A DNA stretch of 63,916 bases, counting the filler, from Lenisia limosa (lineage: Eukaryota; Protista; Breviatea): NCBI GenBank assembly GCA_001655205.1. It is 15 parts of 15 records of this genome, joined end to end, with 100 filler letters (N's around TTAATTAATTAA, not from the genome) between each part and the next. Parts side by side here need not be neighbours in the genome. Positions count along the whole stretch, not along the records: positions 1 to 2,384 come from LPNZ01004691.1; positions 2,485 to 12,023 come from LPNZ01010716.1; 13 more parts are not named here. One strand, written 5' to 3'. Below, piece after piece: positions 1-11,935 of the stretch (position 1 is the stretch's first letter; the number at the start of each line of letters is the position of its first letter). The translations under genes were made by a program, and so were the position numbers. The notes below the pieces were generated by a model, which was given only the letters and a program-made list of their open reading frames with translations, had not been told where the DNA came from and ran no database searches.

Positions 1-901
1 CTTTGACTCATCCTCAAGGTGAGTGTGGATAATGTATCATATTAGAATGCTTCACTTTTGGTTCCGAAAGCCGTGTGAAATATTGATATTTATTGAGGAT
101 TGATCGAGAATATGTCGATACTTATAGAGGATACATCGTTGGAATCGATTAATAAAATTCAAAGTTGATGGGGGGGGGGGGGNNNNNNNNNNNNNNNNNN
201 NNNNNNNNNNNNNNNNNNNNNNNNNNNNNNNNNNNNNNNNNNNNNNNNNNNNNNNNNNNNNNNNNNNNNNNNNNNNNNNNNNNNNNNNNNNNNNNNNNNN
301 NNNNNNNNNNNNNNNNNNNNNAGCGCCCTTCCTTTCGACCCGACTCAATTCACGCAGTAAGAAGAGAAGCCGTACCCCCGGGAATATTTGTTGTTTTTAT
401 ATCCTTTCTTGTTTTCTACAACCATTATTACTATAATTGTTACTATTATTATTGTTACAGTGTTGATTTTTGGCTTTTATTTTATTTTATTTTTTGTTCC
501 ATAAGTTGTCCATTTTGACTCCCCTCCAAGCCATTTCATTCAGTGACAGTAATTCACTCCAACCAGCCACCCGCTTCAAGTCTCATCAGATGGTGCAGTA
601 AAACGAGGCATTTCGGTTGAGAACCTTTGGTCTAGCAGGTACACTTTAATGGTGGAAGTGCTCTGATGGTGGTGATGATGATAATAATAATAATGGTGGT
701 GGTGGTGGTGGTGGTGGTGGTGGTGAAGACAAACCGCTTTATACGAACTGCTCCCNNNNNNNNNNNNNNNNNNNNNNNNNNNNNNNNNNNNNNNNNNNNN
801 NNNNNNNNNNNNNNNNNNNNNNNNNNNNNNNNNNNNNNNNNNNNNNNNNNNNNNNNNNNNNNNNNNNNNNNNNNNNNNNNNNNNNNNNNNNNNNNNNNNN
901 N

Positions 902-1755
902 NGCCGTTACAGCCGGGGATGAAAACCGCTTCAGACTCCTTGATGAGATTATTGCCATGAGGGGGGAGCTTGGTGAGTGGTTGTTTGGGCTAAAATATGT
1001 TAATAATGCTACTTATGATTTAATACTTTAATCTATCATCCCTATAATCAGGGCTTCTCTACGGTCCCAAAAAAGACCGAATCTCCTGATAAATCTTCGA
1101 TAATATTTTGACGACCGTAGAGAAGCCCTATCTATAATATATTAATAATGCTATTTATTATGTATGGTACCTTAGTATCCAGTCTTCGCTCCCGGTTCCA
1201 AATAAAGACTATATATACATAAAGCCCTGTGCACAGAGTTGTCAGGCAAATGATTGGGTGAATTAATATTTATCGTATTATAATCATTATAACCATTATA
1301 AACGTGATGGTGTGGACGGCTTCGGCCTGATACTCTTATTTTTTCTCATTTCTAAATATACATAGAGTGACCGATTTGCTATGTGACCTCCAGGCTTGTC
1401 CCGGTCACTTTATATTGTCGATAAACCCTCGATAAACTTTAATATTTTATCCGTCTTTTGGGACCTTAACAAAGTTCGAGTCTTAATTACGAAATTAGGT
1501 GAACGATCCGGGGTTGCCATCCCAAACTTGTCGCCCTCTGAACGCCGCAACCGCAGACATGAGGTGCGGTGTTTATATATGATGGAGATGATAGGCGTTT
1601 TATGATGGAGATATGGCGTTAATATGATGGAGCTGGTAGCCTCAAGCTGCTTTTTAAAGAGTAGTCCTATCTTATTCTTGAAGGTCCTCTTCAATCTACT
1701 GCATTTGGAGCAATCCCGCCTCAAGTCCCTTTTGGGCAAGGACGTCGGCCTCAAC
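902..1755 (+). CDS. Exon fragments of an uncharacterised protein
   Basis: GT-AG-bounded open segments: AVTAGDENRFRLLDEIIAMRGEL, GERSGVAIPNLSPSERRNRRHE, VLFNLLHLEQSRLKSLLGKDVGLNSR. No family recognised. Confidence 0.35.
1051..1128. mobile_element. Family B hairpin MITE copy
   Basis: Perfect 16-bp TIR gggcttctctacggtc...gaccgtagagaagccc followed by TA. Confidence 0.75.
1221..1360 (-). repeat. Family A dispersed repeat copy
   Basis: Reverse complement of the core gagaaa...gtatc.ggccgaagccgtccacaccatcacg...ttcacccaatcatttgcc.acaactctgtgcaca seen at about 14 places. Confidence 0.8.
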
Positions 1756-1949
1756 TCACGAGTATGCTGTAGTGGTTGTTGGCATTTTTGTGATTGACAA
1801 ATAAAATTGCATATTAGAACCCAATGTAATTATATGCCTGTCAAACAGAATTTTGAGTTTTCTTGGACGGGTTTATCAAGAGGGCTGTTATCAATGAGAA
1901 CTCATGTGTTGGGTAATTAATTCTACATGTTAAAGTGAGTAAAATAAAC

Positions 1950-2060
1950 CGGGGAGGCACGCAGTAGGCTGTGTGCACAGAGTTGTAAGGCAAGTGGTTG
2001 GGTGAATTAATATACTCTTCTTCAATGCGTGTGGTGTGGACAGCTTTGGTTGGATACAAC
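1950..2060 (-). repeat. Family A dispersed repeat copy
   Basis: ggggaggcacgcag..gctgtgtgcacagagttgtaaggcaa...gggtgaattaat matches the family A 3' half. Confidence 0.75.
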
Positions 2061-2384
2061 CCTGTTTTTGTAAGGCAAATGTTGGATTTAACTTACCTGT
2101 CTCCTCTTCCTTTGTCTCACGTTTAGTATGTTAACGTGTGTTTTTTTGTTTTTGTTTTTCGTTAAGCACTTTCATTTTGTTGGTCTGTTCACCCAAAACT
2201 TTTTTTCAAATGATTATCCAAATGACAAATAATGTCAGAATATCTCAGATAGTTTATATCATCACCGTAGGTCATGACGCTACTGTTAAGATTAATCTTT
2301 AGTCAATCGTGTCAGGACAGTGTGTATATTAGTAGCTATACTATATTTTTTGTCTCTATATTTTATTGATTGAATCTTTTCTCA

Positions 2385-2484
2385 NNNNNNNNNNNNNNNN
2401 NNNNNNNNNNNNNNNNNNNNNNNNNNNNTTAATTAATTAANNNNNNNNNNNNNNNNNNNNNNNNNNNNNNNNNNNNNNNNNNNN
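2385..2484. other. Artificial scaffold-joining spacer (N44-TTAATTAATTAA-N44); first of 14
   Basis: Identical 100-bp constructs at 2385, 12024, 17178, 18818, 25721, 27322, 28453, 29874, 33598, 45324, 50717, 51963, 56225 and 62563. The 12-mer puts stop codons in all six frames. Confidence 0.98.
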
Positions 2485-3689
2485 CAGCCTCATCATCATA
2501 CGTCACCCCCCACAGCCTCATCATCATACGGCACCTACGCCACTGCATTCGACTCCAACGCCATTGCAGCCGATGTCAGTTTCCAGGTGGGAGCATTTAT
2601 AATGACATGTACAACAGTTTTTTTTTGTTTTGTTTTTTGAACAAGAGAAATAATATACATTAACAATCTAGGGAAACATTTGAAAGGGCAAAAGTATTGC
2701 AATACAGTACATAAAAGTATTCTNNNNNNNNNNNNNNNNNNNNNNNNNNNNNNNNNNNNNNNNNNNNNNNNNNNNNNNNNNNNNNNNNNNNNNNNNNNNN
2801 NNNNNNNNNNNNNNNNNNNNNNNNNNNNNNNNNNNNNNNNNNNNNNNNNNNNNNNNNNTTAGCTTTGCTGTCACCTTTCATTCTTACCCCACATCTCTCC
2901 AGATTGTCAGCCAGAGTTGATATTTGGGGGATTTTTATTTCTTAAATTTTCCAATTTTGCTTTACCCAAATATTCTTCAATGAAATATCCTTCGTTTTAC
3001 TGCTGAAGCGACTGGCCTGGGCTTTGTATGTTTTGTTGTTAACAACCCTTTTGTGTTGTCAGCCAACAGAGTTGATTTAAAACTTTTTCTTAAATTTTCC
3101 AATTTTTACTCCCCAGATTATGAGCACCATGGGATCCACCGTTATCGGAAGCCAGGCCGGAACCACCGCGCCTCAGAACTATCCCATGCCTCCCGCTCCG
3201 GGAACCGAAACTACGCCCTTCAGCTCCGCATCTTTTGCCACTCCCAACCAAAACTCATTTGCCACTCCCAACCAGTTCGCCACTCCGAGCCAGCCGAATC
3301 CCTACTCCGCCACACCGAGCCAGCCGAATCCCTACTCCACTCCCAATATGCCAAGTTCCCAATTTGGTGGCGGAATGTCGGAGTTTGATTCCGTCGGCAT
3401 GCCTCAACCCCCTGCTGCCGGCAATATCAACATGATGGGCAACAATATGAACAACAACATGATGATGGCAGGCAATATGCCTAACAACAACATGATGGGC
3501 AACAACATGATGATGAACAATAACATGATGATGAACAATGCTGGCATGGGTGACATGGGCATGAATGCTCTCCCCATGGGCAACATGAACAACATGAACA
3601 TGGCTGGCAATATGCCCATGAACAACATGATGGTGAATAATATGAATGCTGGAGGCATGGGTAACCCTTATGCTAACGGTCAAATGTAA
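2485..3689 (+). CDS. C-terminal exons of a Pro- then Met/Asn/Gly-rich low-complexity protein (possibly epsinR/AP180-like clathrin adaptor tail)
   Basis: Exon ...YGTYATAFDSNAIAADVSFQ|gtggga; acceptor ccccag at 3117; open frame IMSTMGS...PSQPNPY...MMGNNMMMNN...GNPYANGQM* ending 3689. The family assignment is inference from composition and NPY motifs. Confidence 0.6.
3002..3117 (+). repeat. Family C introner-like sequence ending exactly at a 3' splice site
   Basis: gctgaagcgactggcctgggctttg...cagccaacagagttgattt...ttttccaatttttactccccag, similar along its length to 46221-46343 and 55472-55592. Confidence 0.75.
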
Positions 3690-4968
3690 CGCGGATGTGC
3701 TGTATCCTTTCTGTATCTTCTTATGATGTATGTTTTGACAATCCTGATCGGCTTCAGGGATCCATATCAATATGGTTGGAATCATTTTGTGATAGCTTTC
3801 TTTTCAAGTACTTCTTTGACTGAACCCAAATTGTATCTTCTAACAAGCTCTTACAGAATTTTAAAGAAATTGGAACATCTAGAACATATTTACAAATATT
3901 GAGTCGAGAAAAGGAGTGCCAGGTATCAGAGAGCTTGTTACATACCCACCCAACACAAACACTTGTTTTTACTCCAATATTACTCCAATAAACACAAAAT
4001 CCCCTCAACCAACTGCACTTCTTCCAGATCGCCCACTTTAGGTTTGTCAAAAACTTGATGGCTCAAGGACAATCACCTGGAATAAATTAAAAAAAACAAA
4101 TACAATTATGTATTTTCTCAAGGGCGCAAAATCCCAACATTTTTTAATCGATTCTTTTTTTTTTTGAATATTTTAATCATTTCGAGATATGTATTTATAA
4201 CACATGCAAATTGCATGCAAAATGTCAAATTCAATTGTTTAGTGTTGAGATAATAAGGCCAAAGGCTCAGCGAGAAATAAGCACTCATAATAAATTGTAC
4301 CATCCGAAAATAGGAAAACAGGCGAATCAAAATGACAGCAATTGATGAGGTGGGGGGGGGGGGGNNNNNNNNNNNNNNNNNNNNNNNNNNNNNNNNNNNN
4401 NNNNNNNNNNNNNNNNNNNNNNNNNNNNNNNNNNNNNNNNNNNNNNNNNNNNNNNNNNNNNNNNNNNNNNNNNNNNNNNNNNNNNNNNNNNNNNNNNNNN
4501 NNNNNNNNNNNNNNNNNNNNNNNNNNNNNNNNTTAGCATTTTGGTGTTTTGTCTTTGTCACGCAATATCAGTCTTTTTTGTTTACTGGGTGCAACCCGCC
4601 GTTTTTTCTGTCAAGTGGTGGTATATTTCGAATGGACAACCCTTTAAATGTTTTACCCCTTAGATCTTCCAAATGATAAAGAACAACAGAACTCTTGAGG
4701 TTTGAACTATATAACACATGGCCAAATCTTCTTGAAATGTAAAAAAATTCGTTTATGAGAGCAGAGGATGGTGGGTATTGTTAATGTGTGTCAATCTGTG
4801 GTCAATTCGTGATCAATGTGTGGTCAGTGTGTGGTCAATGTGTGGTCACTATTTGGCAAATAAGTAATCAAACTATTTTAATCATGAAGAAAATCAATAA
4901 AGAACAATCACCAGCTATTATTGATTTTCATTTTAGCAGGAAGCTGACTAATTTCGATTCATGTACAG

Positions 4969-6017
4969 GCACATCACTAACCCTATCCTGCATTGAAGGC
5001 ACTTACATTCAGGTTCAAGCCAGGCTTGAAGCCTCCCCTAAGCTTCTACAAGAGAGAGGATTTTGGGTATGGAGAGAGGGGTTTGATGTATTGTAGTATG
5101 GTCCCCTAATCAACTCCTTGATTAGGGTGAGGATGAATGATTTGGCTTTTTTTTGACCAGTCAGAGGATGATATTTCAGATATACATGTATATTTTTGTT
5201 TTCAATTCTCACTAAACAGCATCGCACACCACTCCACGTAGCTGCTTATTCCGGGAATATCAAGTTGGTTAAATTCTGCTTGGACAACGGAGCAGACGTC
5301 CACGCAATGGATGCTTGTGTGGGTGGTGGTGGGGTGAATAGAGTTTTACTGACATTTATACAATCTTCTTTGTATCCTTGTTTCTTTTCACAGAGCAGTA
5401 ATTTCATATTTAGACAGTTATTGTCTTTTTGCCATAACAAAAGCAAGGAACACAAATGTGTATCATTTGTATCTTCCTTATTTAATTGATAAATTTACAT
5501 TCTTGCTCTTAAAAAAACTGCAATTGTCTTTCATCAGTATCATTGACCTCTGATAGCGCCACACATTACTGCATCTTGCTGCCCTTGAAGGGCATTTTGA
5601 CATAGTCAAACTTGGCTTGGAGGCCCATATTGACCCTTGTGTCGAGAGCATGTCCGTAGGCGGAGAAGGGGGGGGGGGGAAGNNNNNNNNNNNNNNNNNN
5701 NNNNNNNNNNNNNNNNNNNNNNNNNNNNNNNNNNNNNNNNNNNNNNNNNNNNNNNNNNNNNNNNNNNNNNNNNNNNNNNNNNNNNNNNNNNNNNNNNNNN
5801 NNNNNNNNNNNNNNNNNNNNNNNNNNNNNNNNNNNNNNNNNNNNNNTAATGAGGGGTGTAGAATGTGAATCTCTAAGGAAGACATGGTAATCTTCATTAG
5901 GGTGAAGCAGCAGTAGATTTTGCGCACATGGAAGGACACAAACGCATTGAAGACCTGCTGATCCAAAGTGGCTCACGTCCGTATCGCAAGTTCAGTGAAG
6001 ACAAATGCCTTGTGTAG
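4969..6017 (+). CDS. Small ankyrin-repeat protein (multi-exon; start uncertain)
   Basis: Exons encode HRTPLHVAAYSGNIKLVKFCLDNGADVHAMD, RHTLLHLAALEGHFDIVKLGLEAHIDP and GEAAVDFAHMEGHKRIEDLLIQSG...KCLV*. Confidence 0.85.
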
Positions 6018-6418
6018 AACACTGGCCTAGAAGAGATGGTGGTATGATGTTATGTTATTTATGTTACGAGTTATTTATTCTGTTGTTTTTTCGGCAATTA
6101 AAATTCAAAAACTCAAACAGTCATATTTTATTCCTTTACATAGTTGCAACATACATGTAATGGTTACCTGTTGATCTGAACTCTTTCCAACTAATAATAT
6201 GATACGACAACCCATATCCACTGGTGATATGATAATTCGGGCAATTTCATACGAGTGGATATGCGGTATCATATCACTGCGTGGAAAATGATAGTTCACA
6301 CGTGTGATAATGATAAAAAAAAAGTGATATGATGTGCTAGCATATACTCTTTTACAATTCATAATAAAAAATCACCAGTTGGAGATAAGAAATAAAAATA
6401 AATAAATCCAAAAAGGCA

Positions 6419-8171
6419 CTACATGAGAGGAACTTGGGGAACAATGTGGATATCCTGCGTATATTGACCCTTTCCACATAGCAAGCATTCCATCAAGTAG
6501 TCCTGACTGGTTAAAAGCCAACAAGACACTGTTGATTTGCGTTACAGAGAACTGGATGATGTGTAGCATTATTTTGGGGAAATGAAGAAACTGCACAAAC
6601 ACCCAACATAATAAAATGCAATGCCAATTATTTCCTATTCCCCTTAGGGGAATCGCGTCTTATTTGTTCCTGATTTCGCATTTGACAACGAGAACCCAGC
6701 AACCTGTACACCTTCTCCCTTGTCGACTTGGAACTGGTAGAAGTGCTCACAGATGATGTGCTCACATTTCTTGCATTGATCTGTAACTCTGTGAGGGTAG
6801 CAGGAATATGACAACAAGGTGTCTCTTAGCTGGTATTTCATTACAATGGGAATCATAGGGTATCTGAGGGCTTCTCAGTGGTCAGAAAAAGTCCATAGAA
6901 ATATCATATCAATGAATTCTGGATTTATATCATACTTGCCATTGGGAGCAAGTTCAAGATAAACTACACCAGACACCCCCACGCTTATACGTAACTTCTT
7001 CGCTCATTTCCTCTTCGTCCTCCTCAGTAGCCATTTCGATTACTCTTAGATCGGCCATGCCTCCTCCGCATTTGACACATCCTGCTGGGTAAGAAGGCAT
7101 TGCGTGGATATAGCAACGAGAAATAAAAAAAAAGGATGTATCTGCCCGAAGCCGTCCACACCATCACACTCTATTGGATTATAGTTCTCAATTCACCCAA
7201 TCATTTGTCTGGTATTGAGTGGATAGTGATATTCAAACCCTCTGCGCTATCCGGTCTTTGTTTGTCGCCTTTGGTTGGGTTCAGAGGGTATTGAAATGAT
7301 GTACAGATAGAATATTCAATTAAAGGAGATTATAAAAGGAGATTTGTGTGTTATAAAATTGTACCGCTAAAGGAGTGGGCGTATCACCTTATATCAAACC
7401 GGTGAGTATCATTGAGTGTTTCCAAAATCTTTTCTATACTGGAACTTTCCAAGCTCATTCGGATAACCAAGTACTCATGAAAAAACTGGCAACTGGGTAA
7501 TAATCATATGTCAGAAGCTCCTTTCTTGACCCCCACCCTTGTAGTTCACATAGTATGTCCCTGACTCCAGACAGATGCTGCCCTAAAGTGGTGAGCATGA
7601 AGACAGACAGTGGTATTGAGTGTGTTATTCAGAGATATCCCTTAAATTGTGGCAATATCAAATATATCACACAACATTTGCAACATAACTGAATTGTGAC
7701 ACAAAATTTAGTTAGCATTTTTGAAAGGTGACACTCTAAAGCTTGTACATTTAATCTGTGCATGTTCGAAACATTATATAGACTCCCTGAGAAGAATATC
7801 AAATTCCATTTAGCAAAATTTACACTAGAAGCATTCGATTTATATTACAACATTTGCAACCTCATCAAATTTTTTATTAATATTGTGGTTGATCAACCTC
7901 ATCAAATTTTTAATGAATATTGTGGTTGATTTTTTTTTTTTTTATCATTAGAAAGTAAAAACAAACAAAAACAAAAGCACATTGGTTCACATATTTACTT
8001 CTACAGCCCAATTTCAAACAACCATGCGATATCATATCATCAAATCAAATTCTCCAATAGGAAATCCCAATCAATATTTTGCATGCCTCGAACTCTAACA
8101 CTCTCAACATTCTTATTCATACATCTCCTTACCCTGTCTTCCAGGGGTTGTACAATGCAGTGTTGACACAT
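6419..8171 (-). CDS. CHURC1: Churchill zinc-binding protein, complete, 5 exons
   Basis: Spliced product MCQHCIVQPLEDR|GSICLESGTYYVNYKG|CVKCGGG...EEVTYKH|QCKKCEHIICEHFYQFQVDKGEGVQ|DYLMECLLCGKGQYTQDIHIVPQVPLM*. The Cys/His pattern is collinear with vertebrate Churchill (MCGDC..GNTCLENGS..GCAVC..TYDHLCKNCHHVIARHEY..QEYTMLCLLCGK). Exon phases are consistent. Confidence 0.9.
7108..7210 (+). repeat. Family A repeat inside a CHURC1 intron
   Basis: tatagcaacgagaaataaaaaaaaaggatgtatctgcccgaagccgtccacaccatcac...ttcacccaatcatttg. Confidence 0.8.
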
Positions 8172-8499
8172 GATTCATGCAACACTCTCGATCTGCCTTC
8201 TCTTACCTATTAAATAATCTAATCTACCTAACCCTCCCAGTACCCTCCCCACTTGCACTACTGTTACTACCACAACTCAAACACCAAAACACCTTTATTT
8301 ATTCACTGCACCTGGGGAATCGCAATCGTTAGATAGTGGAAATGCGAATAATCGAAAAAATATAGGTTTGTTCACAGACGGATAATTGGATAATTAATTA
8401 ATACTGTGGAGGATAGGAGGCAATAGGAACAAAATTGTTCTAGGAAAATATCTCTAAACCCAACGCTTCTCCAGAGATGCTGAGAGCGCTCCTAGTCTG

Positions 8500-11400
8500 G
8501 TGCTTCCTATGTCTAGCAGTGTTCGTGCACGGTTTGTCTTATATTGTTGTCCTGCTCTTGATCTCCTAGCCGACTTGCAGTCTCTTGCCTCCCCGATCGA
8601 GGAGCTTGACTACCTAAGTTCCCGCTTTGCTGACCTGATTTATGAGGACCCCAATAATCTTGATGATGTAAGCTTGTATTGGGGCGAGGAAAGGTCGGAG
8701 GCATCAGGACCTTTAGCACAGGACCAGAACTCTTTCTTTTTTTGCTACCTGAGCATGCTGATTTCAAACGTGTGCAAATATGCAATACTAAATGAGTTGA
8801 TTCTTGTAACGCTGCTTACAAAACTTATTCCTATGACATTGATAATAATATATATATATATATGAACTTGGTTAGCTGATAACACAAATTTGGTCGGTGA
8901 TATTTGCTTGTTTTTTTTTGTTTGTTTGTTTGTTTGGAGTTTCAGATTATTCAATTCGTGATTGTTACCTTTACCCCAATAGTCTTTGAATTTCCTTCGT
9001 TTTACTCCCCCCTCCCCCAAGGTGACCATCTTCTCCAACGGACATTCCTGCCTTGGCTGGGAACTTGTGCAAGTTCTCTCAAGGAACTCAACCCAATGTG
9101 GTCTTTTCACCAACCCGTCGTCGGATGTAGGGGGTGCTTGTCTTTGAAGCGGGTCCAATGAGAACAGTCTTGATGTTTAAATATTGGTCTTTCAGTGTAT
9201 TTAGCATGTACAATTTACAAAATGTTTTATTAACCTCTTCTATTTTGAATCATATCACTATTTCTTTGGCGAATAACAAGCTTACCACTCAGGTGCTTCT
9301 GCTGGTCTTCAGAGGGACCCGGAAAGACAGTCTGAAGGACATTCTCCACGACGTCGACGCAACGAAAACAGCGTATGACTTCGGCGGCGTATCGGGGTGT
9401 GGCAAGGTCCACTCTGGGTTCTATGACGCTTATAAGCATGTCAGGTAGGGCCAAACCTGGGGTAGGCACTTCACTTGTTTTTGATTTGTTGCGTGGGTGA
9501 TGGGATGCGATTGTTTGTTGTACATACATATATTACATGATATGTGTTGAGATGTTAACTGTGGACAACTAAATGTTGTATTCTTTTATTCTCTTGTATG
9601 TATGACAATTTATACACCACTCTTATATATTGAGGACATGTTCTGACCCTTTGCGTAGAGATGACGTAATATCTGAGATTCAGACGTTTATTGGCAATGT
9701 CCAAGCAAAGGAGCAAAGAACGGTAGGCGGTGTGCTGCTGCTGCCTCTTATCTCTTTTCTTTTTATTTTTCTTGTCTGGATGTCCTTTATAAAGACATCA
9801 ATCAAAGTCATAATCTTCCTTAACATTCCACAATCATTAGGCAATTGGATACGAGTATGGTGTTTTTCAATGGTATTTGTAATAGTATCGGAACACCCCC
9901 CCAGTTTACCCCTTATCATATGGCTGTTGTCTAGTTTTAGCGTTGGTTGCTTTGTTTTTTGTTTTTTTGTTTATTTGGAGTTTCAGATTAACATGGTTCG
10001 TGATTTGTACCTTTACGCCAATACTGTTCATCGAAATTTCCTTCGTTTTACTCTCCCTTCCCTTTAGATTGACGTTTTGGTTGCAGGCCACAGTTTGGGC
10101 GGCGCTATTGCCACTTTGGCTGCAGTGGACATCGCAAATGCTACTGTAGGCTTCTCACTAATTTCACATTCACTCAATTGCCCCAATTCCTCAATATGTT
10201 CCAACTAAGTGGAGTTATTCATAATTGGAATGAACATATCTAGGGCTTCCCTTCGGTCCCAAAATAAACTGAGTTTCTCGATAAATTTCCGATAATTATC
10301 GATATTTTGATTCTCTTTTCGGACCGTAGGGAAGCCCTAAACATAGCGCATTAGTCAAACCATTGACTCACCCTTCAAGCTGCCAAAATCTGCTGGCGTT
10401 GTAGGTTTAGTGACCCTCGGATCGCCCCGTGTGGGAGACATGGACTTTGCACAGGCCTTTTATAAGTATGTTGACTTAGGCATCCTGAAAGATGACGGGA
10501 GGTTCTTAGATAGTTATAGGCTGACATTATACTATTCTCTAATCCAAATCTCTTATAAGCGAGATGGTTATGAATATTCGTTTCATGATGGTGGTGGGTG
10601 ATTGCAAGGAAGTTTAGAGTACATTGAGACTACTATTCTCCAGTTCATTTCTCTCTGTGTATAACCAAGCAGGGTCGACCGTCTTGTGGTCCAAAGAAGA
10701 CTTGTCCACTCATCATCAAAGGTTGGAATATGCTGCAAGAGCTACTTGGAAGCTTGTGGATGGGAGCACGACTCTGTGCAATTAATATTTTGGAAACTAA
10801 TTGACAAAATTTGAAATGATAGTGTCCTGAATAGGTTTGTCTTAAAAACATGTCCCACTTCAAATTTGGAAATAAAAGATTTCAATTAAATGCACAGAGT
10901 CCTATTAATATCATCACTTATTGATACTATTATAAATCTGAATTCGTCGTTTTTATACCGCACAAACTCACAAGACTCAGGATAAAAGGGAAGATGCAGT
11001 AACGGGCGTCCCACCAGAAACCATAGGATTTGTTCATGTCGGAAAGAAGGTAACCGGGGATAGGCTTCGTGTTGACTTGGAAATTAAGTTTAGTAAAATT
11101 AAGATTGGTAGCGGAGATTTTTAAGAAATGTCTCATTTTATGACAGTCCTATATTCACCCACCAGCGTGTCTATGAAATGTCTCCTGAAAGGGAGTCGAT
11201 GTGGGGCAAGATGGATATTTCTGGCGTCAGTCTTCACATGTGCCCGGTTTGCGGTTCAACTTCAGTTCAAGACTGGATTATTGCTGGGTTGTCGTAGGTA
11301 TAGAGAATATTAATCATCATCATTACTGTCACTGTGTATACCTGATTCAGTATGTTCATAATTGCGCTGCTTTGAGGATGATGAATCCCCACTCTTAGAC

Positions 11401-11935
11401 TATCGCCACCCCCCAGGGCTAAATCCCCAACGAAAGACTACCCTTATAAGCGTGATGGTGTGTACGACTTCGTCCAGATACAACCTTTTTTAGNNNNNNN
11501 NNNNNNNNNNNNNNNNNNNNNNNNNNNNNNNNNNNNNNNNNNNNNNNNNNNNNNNNNNNNNNNNNNNNNNNNNNNNNNNNNNNNNNNNNNNNNNNNNNNN
11601 NNNNNNNNNNNNNNNNNNNNNNNNNNNNGAAAAACAAGATTTCTGTGGGCTGTGTTTTCCTCTCATGTCCGCATATTTAGGGACAATAAGGCTATGTGCA
11701 ATTAAATGAAAAAATAGTTGCAAAATTTGAAGTGCGGCATCTTGTCATGTAAACAGACATTTTCATTTCAATTTTGTCAATTAATTTACACCACTCACAG
11801 GTCTGTCTCGTCTCCAAGGAAAGCTTCGACCAGGGCTACGACTACTCGTCATCTGTGGCATGCAGGGGAGCGGATCAGGGCTCCAAGATCTTTCAGGACC
11901 AGTACATGGACGTCGACTTTGATGTGGGTGCTGGG
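8500..11935 (+). CDS. Class 3 (fungal-type) triacylglycerol lipase, multi-exon; ends uncertain
   Basis: Motifs LLVFRGT, KVHSGFYDAY, nucleophile elbow VAGHSLGGAIATLAA (10068-10145), VTLGSPRVGD and DAVTGVPPETIGFVHVG. Confidence 0.88.
8926..9021 (+). repeat. Family D intron 3'-end module (lipase intron)
   Basis: tttggagtttcagatt...cgtgatt...acctttac.ccaata...aatttccttcgttttactcccc...aag, repeated at 9958-10067 and in other genes. Confidence 0.7.
9958..10067 (+). repeat. Family D intron 3'-end module (second lipase intron)
   Basis: Same module, ending at the acceptor cctttag (10067). Confidence 0.7.
10243..10337. mobile_element. Family B MITE in lipase intron
   Basis: TA|gggcttcccttcggtcc...ggaccgtagggaagccc|TA: 17-bp TIR with one mismatch and TA on both sides. 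Confidence 0.8.

Noticed and set aside
165-348. Many ORF-track entries containing long X runs
   Set aside because: They are open only because N gaps contain no stops. Gaps typically abut poly-G/poly-C runs, a known short-read dropout pattern.
2429-2440. Recurrent TTAATTAATTAA palindrome
   Set aside because: Always centred in exactly 44+44 Ns; an artificial six-frame-stop linker, not biological. It also means neighbouring genes across spacers are not linked.
6003-6017. C-terminal KCLV* as a CaaX prenylation signal
   Set aside because: Cys is third from the end, not fourth; not a canonical CaaX.
11445-11492. Apparent extra lipase exon (KRDGVYDFVQIQ)
   Set aside because: The sequence is a minus-strand family A repeat copy.
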